A stretch of 64,000 nt of DNA from a virus. Location of the stretch: the IMG/VR virus record IMGVR_UViG_3300028833_000004; one strand, given 5' to 3'. The notes beneath the pieces were generated by a model, which was not told where the DNA came from, made no database searches, and was given only the letters and a program-made list of their open reading frames with translations. Positions 60,764 through 64,000 of the stretch are shown here, in pieces. Made by a program: the position numbers and the translations under genes. Each line of letters begins with the position of its first letter. Position 1 is the first letter of the stretch.

Positions 60764-61336
60764 ATGACTTATACATTTGTAAAAATCAAGTCCAAGATGG
60801 ATGGAAAAACCTACTGGTACTTTCGTCCCAAAGATGAACTACAAGTAATTGAACATTGGTACAAATACCCAGCCTCAGTCATTAAGGAGGGCACACATAT
60901 TATGGTACGAAAGGGATTAAAAACTGCTATTGGACATTTTCAAAATAATTTCGAAATAGGCGTAGAAGCATTTATGGCAGCTACCGGTTCTGACTTAAGA
61001 ACAGCCCTAGTTACAGTAGAAAATGAAGCCTTCAACTCACGTCTTAAAGACTTTGGAAAACGTGAGATATACCTTAATCATGATATGCAAGTCTTATTGC
61101 TTGATGAACGTATTGCTGAAATTGTAGAGACCATAGAAAAAGACACACTCACATTTCCTGATGAAGAAAAGCCAGAAATGAAGAATGTGAGGTTTCTTGT
61201 ATGGCCTGGGGGTTCTCATTACTATGCTAAGATAGGAAGTCTTGACGTTACTGATGAACAGGGTAATCAGAAATGGAACACAAAAGCCGAAGCGATGAAA
61301 GCTGCTGAATGGTATATCAAAAATAATTGGAAATAG
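60764..61336 (+). CDS. hypothetical protein (190 aa)
   Basis: Track ORF. Confidence 0.65.
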   Translation: MTYTFVKIKSKMDGKTYWYFRPKDELQVIEHWYKYPASVIKEGTHIMVRKGLKTAIGHFQNNFEIGVEAFMAATGSDLRTALVTVENEAFNSRLKDFGKREIYLNHDMQVLLLDERIAEIVETIEKDTLTFPDEEKPEMKNVRFLVWPGGSHYYAKIGSLDVTDEQGNQKWNTKAEAMKAAEWYIKNNWK

Positions 61337-61347
61337 GAGGATTAAAT

Positions 61348-61746
61348 ATGAAACCAGAAGAATTAATGATTAATGACTGGGTTATGGCTGATGGAACTCC
61401 TACACAAATCTTATCGTTAGGAAGTAAAGGTGCAATAATCACTGGTGGTTTTGACAAGGTATGTTATTATGATAATATGCAGGGAATTCTACTTACTCCA
61501 GAGATACTAGAGAAGAATGATTTTACTTTCTTTAATAATCTCGAAAATAATGTTGTATATAAGTATTTAATTGATGATATTTATCTAAATTTTATATGCA
61601 TCACTATTATAAATACTACAGAATTTTATTATTCTTATTATTCTGATGACGATAATAAAGTAATTTCACTTTTACCAATTCATTATATTCATGAACTTCA
61701 ACATGCTTTCAAACTTTGTGGGATCGATAAAGAAATAGTATTATGA
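61348..61746 (+). CDS. hypothetical protein, family X
   Basis: Track ORF 61327..61746 trimmed to the ATG, which is preceded by TAGGAGG. Confidence 0.6.
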   Translation: MKPEELMINDWVMADGTPTQILSLGSKGAIITGGFDKVCYYDNMQGILLTPEILEKNDFTFFNNLENNVVYKYLIDDIYLNFICITIINTTEFYYSYYSDDDNKVISLLPIHYIHELQHAFKLCGIDKEIVL

Positions 61747-61780
61747 ATTATTAGAAGGTTTTCATAAAATTTTTTAAAAT

Positions 61781-62092
61781 ATGTATTCAAATAAATTTAT
61801 ATTAGACAACATTGTAGAATACCTTAATGAAAATTTTAGTCAGGACTCTGAACACTATGAATGGTTGGAAGATCCAAACTCCCCAATTATACCATACGGC
61901 AGTTCTTTAATTTCTCTATGGGCTTGTGGTGCCGTTGTTTGTATAGGACATCTTTTGTATTTTATTACAGAAGATGATGGAAGTTGGTTTATTGATGAAA
62001 CTGAAAATGATTGTGGTGTTCAGAATAGTTTTAGTATTGCTTGGGCAGATAGTTTTACTACTGCAATACAAAAATTAAGAGAACTTAGATAA
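61781..62092 (+). CDS. hypothetical protein (103 aa)
   Basis: Track ORF. Confidence 0.6.
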   Translation: MYSNKFILDNIVEYLNENFSQDSEHYEWLEDPNSPIIPYGSSLISLWACGAVVCIGHLLYFITEDDGSWFIDETENDCGVQNSFSIAWADSFTTAIQKLRELR

Positions 62093-62120
62093 TATAAAAC
62101 ATTTTAAAATTTAAAAAAAA

Positions 62121-62450
62121 ATGAACAAATTTCAAAAACTTATTGCTGATTCATCCAGCAATACACTTAAAAGACGTGCTAAAAGTATTAGCACACAAGC
62201 AGAAATTGCTCAACAAACTGTTGTTAATACTTTAAAAAGTAAAGTATCAGAATTAGAACTTAAGGTTGAAAATCTTACAGATTTTGCCCCAAGTAGTACT
62301 TATTCCCTGCGTCCCGGAACAGATAACTGGAATCCTTCTGAATGGGCTACTGAATTACAAAGAACTAAATGGGAAGTATTCTTAGCAAAACAACAACTTG
62401 AAATAGCTGAAAATACTTATAAAGAATTTTTTGAAGAAGATAAACAATGA
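62121..62450 (+). CDS. hypothetical protein (109 aa)
   Basis: Track ORF. Confidence 0.6.
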   Translation: MNKFQKLIADSSSNTLKRRAKSISTQAEIAQQTVVNTLKSKVSELELKVENLTDFAPSSTYSLRPGTDNWNPSEWATELQRTKWEVFLAKQQLEIAENTYKEFFEEDKQ

Positions 62451-62776
62451 AAAAGATGTATTTATTTATAAATGGTTATTCAGATATAATATTATCTGAG
62501 AATCCTCCTGTATATAATGAGGAAGACGATTCATATTGGACAGATTCCAAAAACCCTGGTGCACACATTGTATTAGACACTGATGATTCCGGATTTGATT
62601 TTTTTAATAAGAATTCTTATGGAAATGATGGAGATGGACCTCAATATTATTTTGAACTTGTTCCCCATAAATGTGGAGAAGAAGTGAGTTCAAGTATAAT
62701 ACAAACTGATTCTAAAAATTCACCTCAAAAATTATCAGGAGATCTTTTAAATTTTGATATCAAATCAATAATTTAA
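62447..62776 (+). CDS. hypothetical protein (109 aa)
   Basis: Track ORF. Confidence 0.6.
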   Translation: MKKMYLFINGYSDIILSENPPVYNEEDDSYWTDSKNPGAHIVLDTDDSGFDFFNKNSYGNDGDGPQYYFELVPHKCGEEVSSSIIQTDSKNSPQKLSGDLLNFDIKSII

Positions 62777-62778
62777 CA

Positions 62779-62895
62779 ATGTATTACGTTAAATCTAAGG
62801 ATGAAATAAAAGAATTTGATTCTTATAATGAAGCATTTGATTATGCTTTAGAAAAAAATGGGTATATTGTAAGTAAAGAATATGAAAAAATTTAA
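62779..62895 (+). CDS. small hypothetical protein (38 aa)
   Basis: ATG at 62779, TAA at 62893. Confidence 0.35.
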   Translation: MYYVKSKDEIKEFDSYNEAFDYALEKNGYIVSKEYEKI

Positions 62896-63544
62896 ATTTA
62901 TTTGGAAACGATTATGTAAATTTGTTCCAGAGGTATATTTAATTAAAGAAGACTCCTCTGGATTATATTTTAAATTTAGATTAAGTGAAGGAATTCTTAA
63001 AGTGGTTGAATGTTTTGTAACGACAGATGGACAAACTATTGATCTTCCAAATTCGATTTTTTTATATGATTTTAAGGATGATTTAAAGGGAGTTTTAGAT
63101 GATGATGAGTTTAATCCTTATAAAGAAAAAATTGAATCAAAATTAAAAAAATATATTATTAAAGAATCAATTAGAAGATGGTTTAGTCAAAAATTTTTTA
63201 AAGTTCAAGATTATTATCTCGATTTAAGAAATTTCATTAAACATTCAATATATTTAAGAAAAGAACTTTCTTTGGATTGTGATTCCTCAGATTTTAGTCT
63301 TGAATTATTTATGAAATCTTTACAGTTATTAAAAAATAATATGTTAAAGAATGGTTATAATTTAGAGGATGATAAGATTGAAGAAATTGATAGATTAATT
63401 AAACTTTTAAAAGATTTTGATTCTTTTGATTCAGATCCAGTAATTAGAATGGAGAATCGTCATAATCGATATAAAGAAGTATTTACATTACTGGAGGGAT
63501 CTAAAAATTGTATAAATTCAGGAATTGAAACATGGTATTATTAA
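62882..63544 (+). CDS. hypothetical protein (220 aa)
   Basis: Track ORF. Confidence 0.65.
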   Translation: MKKFKFIWKRLCKFVPEVYLIKEDSSGLYFKFRLSEGILKVVECFVTTDGQTIDLPNSIFLYDFKDDLKGVLDDDEFNPYKEKIESKLKKYIIKESIRRWFSQKFFKVQDYYLDLRNFIKHSIYLRKELSLDCDSSDFSLELFMKSLQLLKNNMLKNGYNLEDDKIEEIDRLIKLLKDFDSFDSDPVIRMENRHNRYKEVFTLLEGSKNCINSGIETWYY

Positions 63545-63545
63545 T

Positions 63546-64000
63546 ATGAATATGGATTATAGTAAATTTGCAATGTCTCGTGATGATATTTTAAGCGAGA
63601 TTATTTTAAAATGTAAGCGCGAATTATATGAGCGTGCTCAACCATCTGCTAATTATGATGAATTACTTGAAAATTGGCGTAAAAGTGAGAATAGAGATAA
63701 GGAAAAGTATTTTGACAAATATTATCTATCTCAGAGCGAATTTAAGTATGTAGTAGAAAAATATGCAGAAAATTATGGTATAAAAAGTAAATTTAAGGAT
63801 CATCTAGAATTATTAATTGCTAATATGAAAGATGGCACCATTAAAGATAAATGGATACCTGAACGTACTGATGAACATGGAACTCATCCTGGATATAGAG
63901 GATATGAAGATGTAGCTCCAATAAAGAAAATGATTGGTGAGGAAAATGCTCAATATGTAATTAATTATATTAACGATCGAATTAAGTTTTATAGTAGAGA
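63546..64000 (+). CDS. hypothetical protein; 3' end beyond the window
   Basis: ATG at 63546. Open frame to the window end (MNMDYSKFAMSRDDILSEII...). Confidence 0.55.
   Translation, partial: MNMDYSKFAMSRDDILSEIILKCKRELYERAQPSANYDELLENWRKSENRDKEKYFDKYYLSQSEFKYVVEKYAENYGIKSKFKDHLELLIANMKDGTIKDKWIPERTDEHGTHPGYRGYEDVAPIKKMIGEENAQYVINYINDRIKFYSR

Noticed and set aside
1-64000. Global reassignment of TAA or TGA.
   Set aside because: Most genes on both strands end in TAA or TGA. The 1212-codon and 739-codon recoded genes contain none of either. Only TAG behaves as sense.

Overview
This is an AT-rich phage genome segment. Promoter motifs suggest a Bacteroidota host. All coordinates were derived by hand, so allow a few nt of error; no database search was possible.

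(1) Positions 1-30929 form a minus-strand virion, packaging and lysis module. It is shredded into short ORFs in the standard code. It resolves into long continuous genes if TAG is read as a sense codon, most likely Gln. One frame runs 1212 codons with about 30 TAG and no TAA or TGA. The module holds TerL, portal, tail-fibre-like giants, a GH24 lysozyme cassette, an M15 peptidase and a PD-(D/E)XK nuclease. A tRNA with anticodon CUA sits inside this module at 9117-9189, and tRNA-Trp, tRNA-Cys and tRNA-Asn cluster at 26934-27329. GroEL/GroES and a few other minus-strand genes contain no TAG.

(2) Positions 30986-35600 are a visibly GC-richer island. It has about 600 nt of strongly structured non-coding sequence, small paralogous ORFs, two 222-aa ORFs that both start MATKN, and a hairpin-dense 1-kb tail.

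(3) Positions 35600-64000 form a plus-strand early or accessory arm in the standard code. It contains:
- a DUF1874/AcrIII-1-like ring-nuclease gene in a second GC-rich cassette, bordered by a 74-bp repeat whose two halves are swapped (A-B ... B-A)
- a two-winged-helix Rep-like gene next to 4 iterons and tRNA-Arg
- four tandem LRR paralogues, the last broken at a T6 run
- duplicated gene modules
- a (Gly-X)n repeat protein
- a metallophosphatase
- many orphan ORFs

Most products are hypothetical. Family names come from recalled motifs only.
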